Shown here one piece after another: positions 1 to 9,759 of a stretch of 64,000 nt of DNA. This DNA is from Candidatus Acidulodesulfobacterium sp. (GTDB lineage Bacteria; SZUA-79; Acidulodesulfobacterales; Acidulodesulfobacteraceae), in the NCBI GenBank assembly GCA_049965795.1, contig JBMFVW010000001.1, forward strand, positions 53,917-117,916. Reading direction: 5' to 3'. Numbering within the stretch: the stretch's first letter is position 1; each line of letters opens with the position of its first letter. Position numbers and translations under genes: made by a program. The notes beneath the pieces were generated by a model. That model had not been told where the DNA came from, did not search any database, and worked only from the letters and a program-made list of their open reading frames with translations.

Positions 1-386
1 AACTTATATACCGGAGTTATGTCTTTACCTCAGCGCTTTTTTTAAAGAAAACATAGATATATTTTTTATGAATGAAAATCATGGAGATATAGAAGAAAGA
101 AAGAAAATAGCGATGGAGAAACTGCATAAAATAATATCGCTTGGAAACAAAATAATAAACGAATTCTATATCAACATTATATCTGCCGAAAACAACGATA
201 ATAAAAATACGGGGCATGTCGTTTTTTATTCCAATATAATATCTATTATACAGATAATATCTATTAACTGTGCCGAATTTAATCTTTTATAATTTTCCAA
301 TTTTTTAATTATTTTTTTAATATAATTTTTTATAATGATTTATAAAATTAATGACTATTAAGTCACTATATGATAAAATTTAATTT

Positions 387-1919
387 ATGTACTCTAAAGA
401 ATATAAAAACTTGATTTTATTATTGCTTGTAGCATTTTTTTTTATGGTTATGCTCGACATGAGTATAGTAACTATAGCTATACCGAAAATCATGTCAAGC
501 TTAGGCGTAAACCTTGAAGACGTCGACTGGGTAATGATAGCTTATAACGTGGCTACGGCAATAATAATCATGCCTATAACGTTCATAATAAGAAAAATAG
601 GATTAAAGATACCTATTATCCTTAGTATAATATTTTTTACTATTTCTTCCGTGGCTTGCGGTTTTGCCACATCTATAAATATGCTTATAGCATTCCGCGT
701 CGTGCAGGGGCTTTCCGGCGGAGGCATAGCGCCTCTCGGATTAGCGCTTATGGGCAAGGTTTTTGAACCGCATGAGAGGGGAAGGGCAATGGGAATATGG
801 GGTATCGGAGCAATGGCTGCCCCGGCTATAGGGCCTACACTCGGCGGCTGGATCACCGACCATCTTACATGGAGATGGGTATTTTTCGTTAACGCTCCTA
901 TCGCGGTAATAACTCTTATAGGAATACTTATAATTATGGAGGATGACCACAAGGGACTTAATTTTAAAGCAAATTTCGATTTTTTAGGTTTTGCTTTTTT
1001 TGCAATGGCTATAGCATTTATACTCGTCGCTTTTAATGAAGGACAGAATAAAGGATGGGATTCGAGCTACATTCATATATGCGAAATTTTAAGCGCCGCA
1101 GGATTTTTTATGTTCTTTTTATTCGAGCCGTTTATTTCCCATCCGCTTATAGATTTTAAAATATTTAAAAATTATAATTTTACGCTTATAACTTCTATTA
1201 ACGCCGTCAGAGCTATAGCCTTGTTCGGTTCGCTGTTTATTATGCCTGTATATTTAGAAAATATTATGAATTACACCCCTTATATGACGGGTCTTATTAT
1301 GATGCCCTCTGCCATAGCCGTCGCTTTATCTGCTCCGGTTTTCGGAAAAATGGCGGATAAATGGGGACCGAAATATTTTATTGTTTTCGGCATGCTTACG
1401 ACGGCCGTATCCCTCTTTTTATACTGGAATCTTTCAACGCAGTCAAGCCTCTACGATATAATATATCCCTCAATTATTAGAGGCATAGGACTTGGCATGC
1501 TATATTCGCCCATTATGAGCGCAGGACTAAATTCCGTCAAAAAGGAGCAGATACCCGAAGCATCCGGACTGCTGCCTATAACCATGAGACTCGCTTCAGG
1601 TTTCGGCATAGCATATTTTGCAAACTATCTGGCGACAAAGAGAGTATATTATCTTACAAGATACGGCGATAAAATAAACGACAAAAACAACGCCTTTATT
1701 AAAATGAAATCGGCGTTTAACGCTAACGGACTTTTTAAAGCAAATACCGGAGTTCTGGCTAATTCTGCAAAAATTAATCCCGGCATGGGTTTTATAGATT
1801 CCGTAGTAAAAATGTTTGCAACCGTCCAATCTTACGACGACGTATTTGTGGTTGCCGGCGTCATATGCCTTTTTGGAATTTTGCCTGCTCTTATGATGAA
1901 AAACAAAATACATCGTTAA
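387..1919 (+). CDS. MFS transporter, DHA2 (EmrB/QacA-like, 14-TMS) drug:H+ antiporter family
   Basis: 510 aa, hydrophobic throughout. Has MFS motif-A-like 'GKVFEPHERGRAMGIWG' after TM2/3 and 'RVVQGLSGGGIAPL', typical of the EmrB/QacA subfamily. Confidence 0.85.
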   Translation: MYSKEYKNLILLLLVAFFFMVMLDMSIVTIAIPKIMSSLGVNLEDVDWVMIAYNVATAIIIMPITFIIRKIGLKIPIILSIIFFTISSVACGFATSINMLIAFRVVQGLSGGGIAPLGLALMGKVFEPHERGRAMGIWGIGAMAAPAIGPTLGGWITDHLTWRWVFFVNAPIAVITLIGILIIMEDDHKGLNFKANFDFLGFAFFAMAIAFILVAFNEGQNKGWDSSYIHICEILSAAGFFMFFLFEPFISHPLIDFKIFKNYNFTLITSINAVRAIALFGSLFIMPVYLENIMNYTPYMTGLIMMPSAIAVALSAPVFGKMADKWGPKYFIVFGMLTTAVSLFLYWNLSTQSSLYDIIYPSIIRGIGLGMLYSPIMSAGLNSVKKEQIPEASGLLPITMRLASGFGIAYFANYLATKRVYYLTRYGDKINDKNNAFIKMKSAFNANGLFKANTGVLANSAKINPGMGFIDSVVKMFATVQSYDDVFVVAGVICLFGILPALMMKNKIHR

Positions 1920-2527
1920 TCTTTTAAATATTTATATAAAATTTTCCCTTTACTAGAATAAATTATTTTTGAAGGTTCTATTTTCAAAATAAAAACGCCG
2001 CCTATATTTTCTCCGGTATGAACATAATGTTTTTTGCCGTTTATTTTTATTAAAGCCGTATTGCCGCCGGTAAATATTAAAGCCACTGCCCGCTTATTTT
2101 TGTCTGAAAATCCTTTAAATTTTAAATTCTTGACAATATTGCTTAAATTTCCGCCGTTATAAAAACTCCGATTCTGGTTCATTAAATCAGGGGCAGATTT
2201 TGCTGCATAGCCTGCGGTTGCGTTTTTTTGCGATTTTGAGTGCGGAATAAAAAGCCTGCTGTATTTTTCGTACTTTTTATGCGGAATATTAAAAATATCC
2301 CTAAGCGGTTTTCTCGATAATTGCGTAGATTCGGCTTTTGGTCTGCCGTCTTTAACTTTAACGCTTAAATCAAGTTTATTAATTTCTTTATTTCTATAAG
2401 GCGTCTTATGCAAAATATTTAGTTTTTTATTATTTCCGGCTTTAAACCTGTTTAATAACGATAATATTACTATAAATAAAAAAAACGCAAAAAGAATAAC
2501 AAAAAAAATTTTAATTTTAGATTTCAT
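1916..2527 (-). CDS. Bitopic membrane protein, possible PilP/GspC-like assembly component (last gene of the secretion/pilus cluster)
   Basis: N-terminal TM helix (IFFVILFAFFLFIVILSLL). C-terminal beta-rich segment (KINGKKHYVHTGENIGGVFILKIEPSKIIY) resembles the GspC/PilP HR domain. Call is also based on its position in the cluster. Confidence 0.4.
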   Translation of the reverse strand: MKSKIKIFFVILFAFFLFIVILSLLNRFKAGNNKKLNILHKTPYRNKEINKLDLSVKVKDGRPKAESTQLSRKPLRDIFNIPHKKYEKYSRLFIPHSKSQKNATAGYAAKSAPDLMNQNRSFYNGGNLSNIVKNLKFKGFSDKNKRAVALIFTGGNTALIKINGKKHYVHTGENIGGVFILKIEPSKIIYSSKGKILYKYLKD

Positions 2528-2570
2528 TATACCCTCTTTATCTTTTGATATTAAATATTAAAATTTATTT

Positions 2571-3074
2571 TCATTTAAAGCCTACAAGTTCAACATTTAT
2601 AATTGCATCTATTTTTCTTCCGGATTTAATATTAATTTTTTTTATTTCGAACGGAAACGATTTAAGCGTCTTTATTAATGAAAACAATACATCTACGTCT
2701 GAAAAATTACTTAATGCCACCTTAAAATTCATTGTTTTAAAATAAGTATCATCGGCATTTTTCATATTTTCAGTTTTTTGAATACTAACTCCTATATTAA
2801 ATCCTTTTTCTTTTAAATATCGCGCATAAGATAAAAAAGATACCATATAGCTATAAAAACCTTGTTTTCCTGCCGGAAATTTAATAGTTTTAATCTTATT
2901 GTCTTTTTTAAGATGAATTTTTAACTGTCTGAAAGTATTTTTTTCGTAAATATAAGATTGCTTTAATTTATAAAAAACTTTCATAGAAGGTATTAACCGG
3001 TACAGTAATATGTAGGACGAGGTTAAAGATAATAAAAGTAATACTATCGGCCTTTTGTTTTTAATTTTTTTCAT
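2571..3074 (-). CDS. Bitopic membrane protein, possible PilO/GspM-like assembly component
   Basis: 167 aa with a single N-terminal TM helix and a periplasmic alpha/beta part. Sits between the GspL-like and GspC-like genes. Call rests on context only. Confidence 0.35.
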   Translation of the reverse strand: MKKIKNKRPIVLLLLSLTSSYILLYRLIPSMKVFYKLKQSYIYEKNTFRQLKIHLKKDNKIKTIKFPAGKQGFYSYMVSFLSYARYLKEKGFNIGVSIQKTENMKNADDTYFKTMNFKVALSNFSDVDVLFSLIKTLKSFPFEIKKINIKSGRKIDAIINVELVGFK

Positions 3075-3095
3075 TTAGTATTTATTTTTTTTGAT

Positions 3096-4298
3096 TTAAT
3101 TTAAGAATCCTAAAAATTTCATTGAAGGCTTGCCAGACTTGCCGAATAAATATTTAACGCTTAATGTTTTTTTATAATCCAATTTTTTAGCTATAGTATT
3201 ATAATCATAAGAGAATCTTCTATAACCTCCGTTATCAAAAACGGTTGCATAAAAAATATATCCTGTTCCCGATTTCATCATTTTAATTTTTTTTATTTTT
3301 ACGGTTTTAGGCAGAAGTGCAAAAAAACTTTTCAAATAATTTACAATATTAACTTTGGAAAAATGCCCGTTAAATATAATTTTGCTTTTATCTCTATCTA
3401 TTTTTAAAGATAGAACGGCAATTTTTTTGTTCATTTCCTCTATTTTTTGCCGTTCGAAAACTGTTTTTTTTCCGTAAGAAATAATCATTGCTTCCATAAA
3501 AAAAATAACGAATATTAAAACTGCGATATAAATATTTTTTGTCCTATTTTTTTTATCTTCTATTTTTTTAAATTTTATTTCCGGATTTTCAAAATGAGAA
3601 AAAGTTTTATTTATTCTTTCAAAATATTCAAAAAAATCTTTGGCGGTAAAATTTAATATTTCTGCATTTCCGAAAAAATTTTTAAAGTCTCCGCAATCGC
3701 AGTCGGCAATTATCTGTTCTATTTTAATAAATTTATTTTCGGAATCTATTTTAGTTTTTAAAATATTAAGATTGTCGGTTATCATATCCGCCTTAAAACT
3801 TAAAACCGGCATTATGCTAAAACCGTTTGAAATTATGATAATCTTATATACGTCGTCCGTTTTTTCTATAAATAGAAAATTCTTTTTCAGATTAAAGCCG
3901 TTAAATTTTTCTTTTAAAAACTCTATAACCAAATAATCGTATGGAATAACTATATCTATCCTTTGAAATAACGAATAATATTTTTTGATATTTGAAGGCA
4001 GGGCATGATAAACGCCGTATTCTCCGTTTATGCCGTATGCCAAAAAATACGATCCGTTCTTATAAGATTTTCCAATGTAACGGCTTAAATAAAATTTTTT
4101 GCGGTTTTTTACATTTTTTTCAGGTATAACCGAAAAATTGATATTTTTAGATATTACGGCAACGGCATAATTTACTTCTGTTTCCGATGAATCATCCGAA
4201 TAATAATCGTCGGTAAGGCTATGGGAAAAAACCGATTTATCGCCGTCAAAATATTGATATATATCGTATTCTTCTATATAAATGAAATTTTTATACAT
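3096..4298 (-). CDS. GspL-like / fused PilM-PilN-like assembly protein (cytoplasmic domain + TM + periplasmic domain)
   Basis: 400 aa. A central TM helix (IYIAVLIFVIFFMEAMIISYG) separates a ~255 aa cytoplasmic part from a ~120 aa periplasmic part, which is GspL architecture. Lies inside the cluster. Confidence 0.45.
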   Translation of the reverse strand: MYKNFIYIEEYDIYQYFDGDKSVFSHSLTDDYYSDDSSETEVNYAVAVISKNINFSVIPEKNVKNRKKFYLSRYIGKSYKNGSYFLAYGINGEYGVYHALPSNIKKYYSLFQRIDIVIPYDYLVIEFLKEKFNGFNLKKNFLFIEKTDDVYKIIIISNGFSIMPVLSFKADMITDNLNILKTKIDSENKFIKIEQIIADCDCGDFKNFFGNAEILNFTAKDFFEYFERINKTFSHFENPEIKFKKIEDKKNRTKNIYIAVLIFVIFFMEAMIISYGKKTVFERQKIEEMNKKIAVLSLKIDRDKSKIIFNGHFSKVNIVNYLKSFFALLPKTVKIKKIKMMKSGTGYIFYATVFDNGGYRRFSYDYNTIAKKLDYKKTLSVKYLFGKSGKPSMKFLGFLN

Positions 4299-4323
4299 TA
4301 TTATTTTTATTTTATTTTTTAAA

Positions 4324-5301
4324 TTAGTTTAACGTATTGGATTGGTTTAAATTTATAAGTTTCGGAAGATAGCTTGACGGTATCTGTATTTCATACCCGG
4401 GAGGCTCTATTGGAACATAGTTCATTCCTCCTTCCCAATAGGCATATTCCACTGTTCCCCAAACCTGTGGTAGATAAGGATTTTGAAACGCTCCGCCGAC
4501 CCAATCGCTATATGAATATGTGTCTCCCGCATTATTTGAATACGAAGAGCTGCCTGTACACTGCGAATAAGGATTGTTGGCATAACTTAAAATCGCTTTG
4601 TTTCCGTTAATAGATTCGACAATAAAATATAAAGATAATTCGCCGCCGTCCCATATTCTCTTATAAGTGTGCCCTCTGCCGGAATTTAAATATGCATCTT
4701 CGGTAATATAACAGATTGCTCCGGTAATATAAAAACTTTTTCCTACATATTGCCCATAAGTTCCGCCGGCGTTATTGCTTAAAGCTATCGGGTCTATATA
4801 AATTATCTCGTTTCCGTTAATTATAGAACTGCCGGGTATATCGTGTCTTATTTCTTTATAAAAATTATAATAGGCGTAAGGTTCGCCGCCTTGCGAAGGA
4901 GTAACGGCAAGAGTATAGCTGATTTCCTGAGCGGTACCGTTCTGAACTGAATTATTTACGCTTAAACATATTTTAGTATCGTCGTACGTTTTTATGCTTC
5001 CGTATATACAGTCGGAGTCAGGATTGCCGCCTAAAAAATTTATGCCTATGCCTTTCGCTATATAACCTGCCGATTGAAGAGAACCTATACTGCTGAATTT
5101 ACCGTTATTATTAACATACGTACTTTCGGCGTTTATCAAAGTATTTGCCAAAACCGATACGTTTTGAGCTTTATTTTCATACACAATCCCCTGAAGCGCA
5201 GGTAGGCTTAATGCCGCCATTATCGACAAAACTATCATTGAAACTATTATGCCGGCGAGCGAAAACCCTTTATTATTTCCCGTAATTTTAGCAAAGTTCA
5301 T
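4324..5301 (-). CDS. Large pilin/pseudopilin-like protein with atypical class III signal (Gly instead of Glu at +5)
   Basis: Leader 'MNFAKITGNNKG|FSLAGIIVSMIVLSIMAALSLPAL' is a prepilin-like G|F junction plus hydrophobic helix. Followed by a ~290 aa globular domain. Confidence 0.6.
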   Translation of the reverse strand: MNFAKITGNNKGFSLAGIIVSMIVLSIMAALSLPALQGIVYENKAQNVSVLANTLINAESTYVNNNGKFSSIGSLQSAGYIAKGIGINFLGGNPDSDCIYGSIKTYDDTKICLSVNNSVQNGTAQEISYTLAVTPSQGGEPYAYYNFYKEIRHDIPGSSIINGNEIIYIDPIALSNNAGGTYGQYVGKSFYITGAICYITEDAYLNSGRGHTYKRIWDGGELSLYFIVESINGNKAILSYANNPYSQCTGSSSYSNNAGDTYSYSDWVGGAFQNPYLPQVWGTVEYAYWEGGMNYVPIEPPGYEIQIPSSYLPKLINLNQSNTLN

Positions 5302-5319
5302 ATTTACGACACCTCCGTT

Positions 5320-5982
5320 TTAAAAAAGACTTACGACAGACGCAAAAAAGTTGGTTATTGCCTGCGTGACTTTTGTTAATAAATTATCCTGCGTCACTGC
5401 GACATTAGTATAATTAAGACCTCCGTTGGCGTTGGGACTTACGTTTACGGATGAAACGGACGAAGATCCTGCCGGATTAGAATTAGATGAAGAATTAAAA
5501 AAAGCCGGATTATTATTTAAGGCGAAAGTTACTGCGCCTAAACCGTTAATATCTGAAATCTGCCCTGCCTTGCCCGTTATCCCTATGCTTATTTCTTTAG
5601 CTACTATATCTTCATCAGCCAAATTTAAAGGAATGTAAATTTCAAGCAATTCGTTTTGTAAATTTATACATATATTTGCCGTGCTTTTAAAAAGCAGCTT
5701 TTCCAAGCAGGTATCTCCTTGAAAATTATAAATTTTTATCGGGCTTAAATATGCCGGATTATTATTTTCCAAACCGCTTATATCCGTAAAAGTCCCCGTG
5801 TTTTGAAAATAAGCATGTTCCGCCTTTATTAATAAATCCGCAGTATTGACGATATTTTGCGCTTCGGTATTATATATCTGCCCCTTCTGCATATCGGGCA
5901 TACATAGAGATAATTTAGGGGTTAAAAATATGTAAAAAATAAGCAATATATTTAAAATAGTGCAATAGACAAAACGTTTCAT
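5320..5982 (-). CDS. Secreted protein paralogous to the pilin head domains but with an ordinary signal peptide
   Basis: N-terminal Sec-type signal. Segment 'IYNTEAQNIVNTADLLIKAEHAYFQNTGTFTDISGL' aligns by eye with 'VYENKAQNVSVLANTLINAESTYVNNNGKFSSIGSL' of ORF 4324..5301. Ser/Asn-rich C-terminus. Confidence 0.4.
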   Translation of the reverse strand: MKRFVYCTILNILLIFYIFLTPKLSLCMPDMQKGQIYNTEAQNIVNTADLLIKAEHAYFQNTGTFTDISGLENNNPAYLSPIKIYNFQGDTCLEKLLFKSTANICINLQNELLEIYIPLNLADEDIVAKEISIGITGKAGQISDINGLGAVTFALNNNPAFFNSSSNSNPAGSSSVSSVNVSPNANGGLNYTNVAVTQDNLLTKVTQAITNFFASVVSLF

Positions 5983-6059
5983 ATAAATAACCTTTTATAG
6001 CTTTTTATAAATTTAATTAATTCTATTCAATTTTCTTTTTACCTATTATCGTCCGCCCA

Positions 6060-6707
6060 TTAATTAAACGTAAAAGTCAGATTTCCCTGAAAATTTGAAT
6101 TATTTGCCGAAGCGGCATTTCCGTTAAAAAGATCCGTTAAACAATTTTGCCCGCTGCCTATGTTAAAAACTGGACTGCCGTCCGTATCAACGCCGGAGAT
6201 TGAGTTTTCTAATGAATTGCATATGTTTAAAGCCTGGGCGTTCGTCATCTGGGGAGCATTTATGCCTATTACGTAAATATACTGCCCGGGATTAGAATCG
6301 GTAGAAATTTGATAACCGGAAACAAACCCCGCATTCGGCGGTATAACGTTATTGCCGCTAACCGTCCATGAAGAAGGAAGCAGGTTGTCTTCCTGCATTG
6401 CATAAGGAAGAGAAACGCCGGCAGGCGGGATTATGCTGCCGCCGTTTACCTGCATATAAGAATTTACGGCCGATTCTAATTTAGTAACCGATTGAACCGT
6501 TGCCGTAACATTGGAAGAACCTATTAGTCCGTTATAAACCATTAATCCGCCTGCCGAAAGTATTCCGACGACTATCATTGCAACTATTATTTCCATGAGG
6601 GTAAAACCGCTTATGTTTTTAGAAATTTTTACCGCATGAAAACCTGATTCTTCATTTATTTTGCTAAATTTTTTACTTTTAATGCATTTTTTTTTAAAAA
6701 TAATCAT
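6060..6707 (-). CDS. Type IV pilin / GspG-like major pseudopilin (prepilin N-terminal cleavage/methylation motif)
   Basis: Canonical 'G|FTLMEIIVAMIVVGILSAGG' with Glu at +5. The leader is unusually long (33 aa from the first ATG). Confidence 0.8.
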   Translation of the reverse strand: MIIFKKKCIKSKKFSKINEESGFHAVKISKNISGFTLMEIIVAMIVVGILSAGGLMVYNGLIGSSNVTATVQSVTKLESAVNSYMQVNGGSIIPPAGVSLPYAMQEDNLLPSSWTVSGNNVIPPNAGFVSGYQISTDSNPGQYIYVIGINAPQMTNAQALNICNSLENSISGVDTDGSPVFNIGSGQNCLTDLFNGNAASANNSNFQGNLTFTFN

Positions 6708-6730
6708 AATTTTCCTCCAAATAAATTTTA

Positions 6731-8008
6731 TTAATAATTAGCCGATAAACCTACCATTCCCTGAATAAGCGGCAGAAATAAAGAAAAAAACATAAATAGC
6801 AGAAAAAATACAACGCCTAACATTGCAAGCAAAAATAATCCTTTAGTTAATATTTTCATATATCTGTCAGCTTTTTCCTTAAATTCTTTCGACAGTCGCA
6901 AAACCGTTTCGGATAAAAACCCGCCTATTTCACCGTACCTTATCGACTCTACGGCTTCCTCCGGCAGAAAATCCGCTTTATGTAAAGAATCAAAAAGCGT
7001 ATTTCCGCTAATTAAATCTTGATAAACCGATTTAAATTTATTCCTAAAATAAACTCTGGAACTGTTTTTTCCGAAATAATCAAATACCGCGTTAACCGTC
7101 ACGCCTGAAGATATCATTAAAGAAAATTGATAAAAAATCCAATTTAAATATGAGTAATTTATAATATTTTTTAACTGCGGTATATTTTGTAAAGAAGAAA
7201 ACGTCTTAGATTTTATTCCTGATAAATCAGACAAAAAAGCTGCTAAAACAACAACTGCTAAAATTATTATATAGATAAAAATATTTTTTAACCGTCCAAA
7301 CAATTTCAGCGTATAAACAGTAGATAACGGAATATTCGGAAACTGCTTAAAAAATACCGAAAAAGTCGGAACGACGTAATAAAGAAAGACCGAAAAAGCT
7401 ATAAACAAGAGTAAAAACAAAAATAATGGATAAGCTAAAGTCCCGATAATATTTTTTTTATAAACATTTTTAGTTTCGAAATATTCCGATATTTTTAAAA
7501 AAGATTCCGAATAATCGCCGGTAGATTCCGCTAAATCAATTAAAGATAACACTATTTCTTCAAAATGATTTAACTCAAAAATTTTCTTGACTCCTTCACC
7601 TTTATCTAATAAATAAATGGAGTTTTTTATAAATTTTGTACGATTTTTTATTTTTGACTGCTTATGGCTGTAATATAAACTCTTTAATAAATACGGCAGA
7701 TCATATTTTTTTGAAGATTCGGGTATTACTATATCTTTATCCATATAACTAAAAGCTTTGCCGACAGAACCCGTAGATTTAACGAGATAATGCAGCTCGT
7801 TAAAAAAAATTGAAAGCTCGGCGTCTTTCATTCCTCCGTTGGCAGCCGGATTTATTGCATCTAGAAAAATATTAGGGAAAACAAAAGACGGCATATAGCC
7901 TTCTTCTAAAATCAGGTTTTCCGCATCCGACAAATTCGTCGCTTTAATATTTTTTATCAAACCTTTACCTTCAGGAGTATAAAATCTTACTAAATAATTT
8001 TTTAGCAT
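6731..8008 (-). CDS. GspF/PilC-family inner-membrane platform protein
   Basis: 425 aa. Two repeats of a cytoplasmic helical domain followed by TM helices. C-terminal 'LFLPLIQGM' is typical of T2SS F proteins. Adjacent to the GspE ATPase gene. Confidence 0.85.
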   Translation of the reverse strand: MLKNYLVRFYTPEGKGLIKNIKATNLSDAENLILEEGYMPSFVFPNIFLDAINPAANGGMKDAELSIFFNELHYLVKSTGSVGKAFSYMDKDIVIPESSKKYDLPYLLKSLYYSHKQSKIKNRTKFIKNSIYLLDKGEGVKKIFELNHFEEIVLSLIDLAESTGDYSESFLKISEYFETKNVYKKNIIGTLAYPLFLFLLLFIAFSVFLYYVVPTFSVFFKQFPNIPLSTVYTLKLFGRLKNIFIYIIILAVVVLAAFLSDLSGIKSKTFSSLQNIPQLKNIINYSYLNWIFYQFSLMISSGVTVNAVFDYFGKNSSRVYFRNKFKSVYQDLISGNTLFDSLHKADFLPEEAVESIRYGEIGGFLSETVLRLSKEFKEKADRYMKILTKGLFLLAMLGVVFFLLFMFFSLFLPLIQGMVGLSANY

Positions 8009-8013
8009 AAAAC

Positions 8014-9732
8014 CTACCTTGACAGGGTAAAATAAACTTGAGGGTCTATCTCGCCCGACAATAATTTTTCAAACGATTGCATTTTTAAAGATTTAAATCC
8101 GGATAAATTTATTAAAACTGATTCTAAATAAGAAGGATTAAACAATAAATTTAAGTCTTTATAAATTTCTTCTTTTGCCGCCTCGTTAAATTCTGCAATT
8201 TCTATAATTGGTTTTCTTTTATCGTATCCCGTTCCTCCACATCTGCCGCAGGTTTTTTCTCCTCTTACGAAGACGGTATCTATAAATTCTACGCTTTGAA
8301 AATCAGCAGCCGTATCGATAAATTTTTCCATATTTTTACTTTTTATATTTATTTCAAACATCGTCTCCCCTGCAAATCGTACATCCTGCATTAGTGCTTT
8401 TTTGTAAATAGAATGCAGTTCTTCGAAATATATCTTTTTTTTACATTCCGGACATAACGGATTATACAGCCTCTGCGCTGTTACGAATCTTAATACGGAA
8501 AATAACTGAAAGACGTCTATATTTAAAGATTTAAATCTTCCGAATATCGACAACGACGAATTAGCATGAAGCGTAGTCAGGACGAGATGCCCTGTTTCTG
8601 CAGCTATAAGCGCATGTTTTGCCGTAATTTCATCTCTTATTTCTCCTATCATCATTATATCCGGTTCGCTTCTCAACATAACCCTGACGGCTTCGGGATA
8701 TCCAAAATCTTCCGATATATTCATCTGCGTTATATTAGATTCGCGCAATTCTATTTCTACCGGATCTTCTATCGTTAAAATCGTGCTTTTTTTCTGAGAC
8801 AACAGTTTAAGCATTGCATAAAAAGTCGTGGTTTTCCCCGATCCGGTCGGTCCAGTAGCTATAATAAGCCCGTTCGGATGTATATAAGATTTTTTTAATA
8901 GTTCGGCATTTTCTTCCGTAAAACCTATCGATTCAAAATCGAATACTTTATTCAAACCGTGAATTCTTAGAACCGCTTCAAAAAGCATTAGTTCCTTGTC
9001 GAGCTTTGACGAAATAGGTAAAAATGCGACTCTGACGCTAACCTTTAATCCTTTATAAAAATTTGAAACAAAAATAAATTTTGCGTCTAACCCCTCGCCT
9101 TTTTTTAAAGTAACCTGACAATTTGCGGCTATAATATTTATTATCCTCTGCCCCGACTCTAAACTTAACGCCCTTATGTTTTCCTGATAAATTTCACCGT
9201 CCATAATAAGCATGTAAAAATTTTCAGTCCTTTTTATCCTTAAGTTCGGCGACCCTTTTAATAATGCAATCTCGATTGCTTCATTTAAAATTTCTTTTTC
9301 GGAAAACTCTTTATTGTTAATAAATATCTTGCTGAGCGCTTCGTAAATTTTTCTTTTAGTAGAAATAGCTATTTTGTAAGATTTAAAATGTTCGTCGAAA
9401 GCCATCTTCTCCGATAAAGATGATGTAATTTCGCTGCAGACTATATAGCGGACGCCGTCTTTTTTTGCTATGACGGCCGGAATATCGTATAGCAGGACAA
9501 AACCGAAATATTCGTTTTCCTTTTTATCTATATAAAACGAATTTAAATCGCCGAAAAATTCTCTTCCTGAACTGCCTGCCGCATAAAGCGCTATATCAGC
9601 ATCCGTAACATAGCCGCAATCCGTCAGTATTTCACCCAGTCTTTTTTTGCCGATAGACTGTATAAACAGTGCATCTTTTAGCTGTTCTTCCGTCAACTTT
9701 CTTTTAGATATAAAATATTCGCCGATTTTCAT
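8014..9732 (-). CDS. GspE/PilB-family secretion/pilus assembly ATPase
   Basis: N-terminal T2SSE_N-like domain. Walker A 'GPTGSGKTTT', Walker B/Asp box 'DIMMIGEIRD', His box 'GHLVLTTLHAN'. Tetracysteine motif CPEC...CGRCGGTGY. Confidence 0.95.
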   Translation of the reverse strand: MKIGEYFISKRKLTEEQLKDALFIQSIGKKRLGEILTDCGYVTDADIALYAAGSSGREFFGDLNSFYIDKKENEYFGFVLLYDIPAVIAKKDGVRYIVCSEITSSLSEKMAFDEHFKSYKIAISTKRKIYEALSKIFINNKEFSEKEILNEAIEIALLKGSPNLRIKRTENFYMLIMDGEIYQENIRALSLESGQRIINIIAANCQVTLKKGEGLDAKFIFVSNFYKGLKVSVRVAFLPISSKLDKELMLFEAVLRIHGLNKVFDFESIGFTEENAELLKKSYIHPNGLIIATGPTGSGKTTTFYAMLKLLSQKKSTILTIEDPVEIELRESNITQMNISEDFGYPEAVRVMLRSEPDIMMIGEIRDEITAKHALIAAETGHLVLTTLHANSSLSIFGRFKSLNIDVFQLFSVLRFVTAQRLYNPLCPECKKKIYFEELHSIYKKALMQDVRFAGETMFEINIKSKNMEKFIDTAADFQSVEFIDTVFVRGEKTCGRCGGTGYDKRKPIIEIAEFNEAAKEEIYKDLNLLFNPSYLESVLINLSGFKSLKMQSFEKLLSGEIDPQVYFTLSR

Positions 9733-9759
9733 ATAACTAAAAAGTAAATAAATTAAATT

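Noticed and set aside
17-292. Two overlapping small ORFs at the left edge (17..217 minus, 68..292 plus)
   Set aside because: The sequence is extremely A/T-rich and the ORFs overlap each other on opposite strands. I see no ribosome-binding site or motif. It is more likely the promoter and upstream region of the MFS gene, and the window edge prevents judgement.
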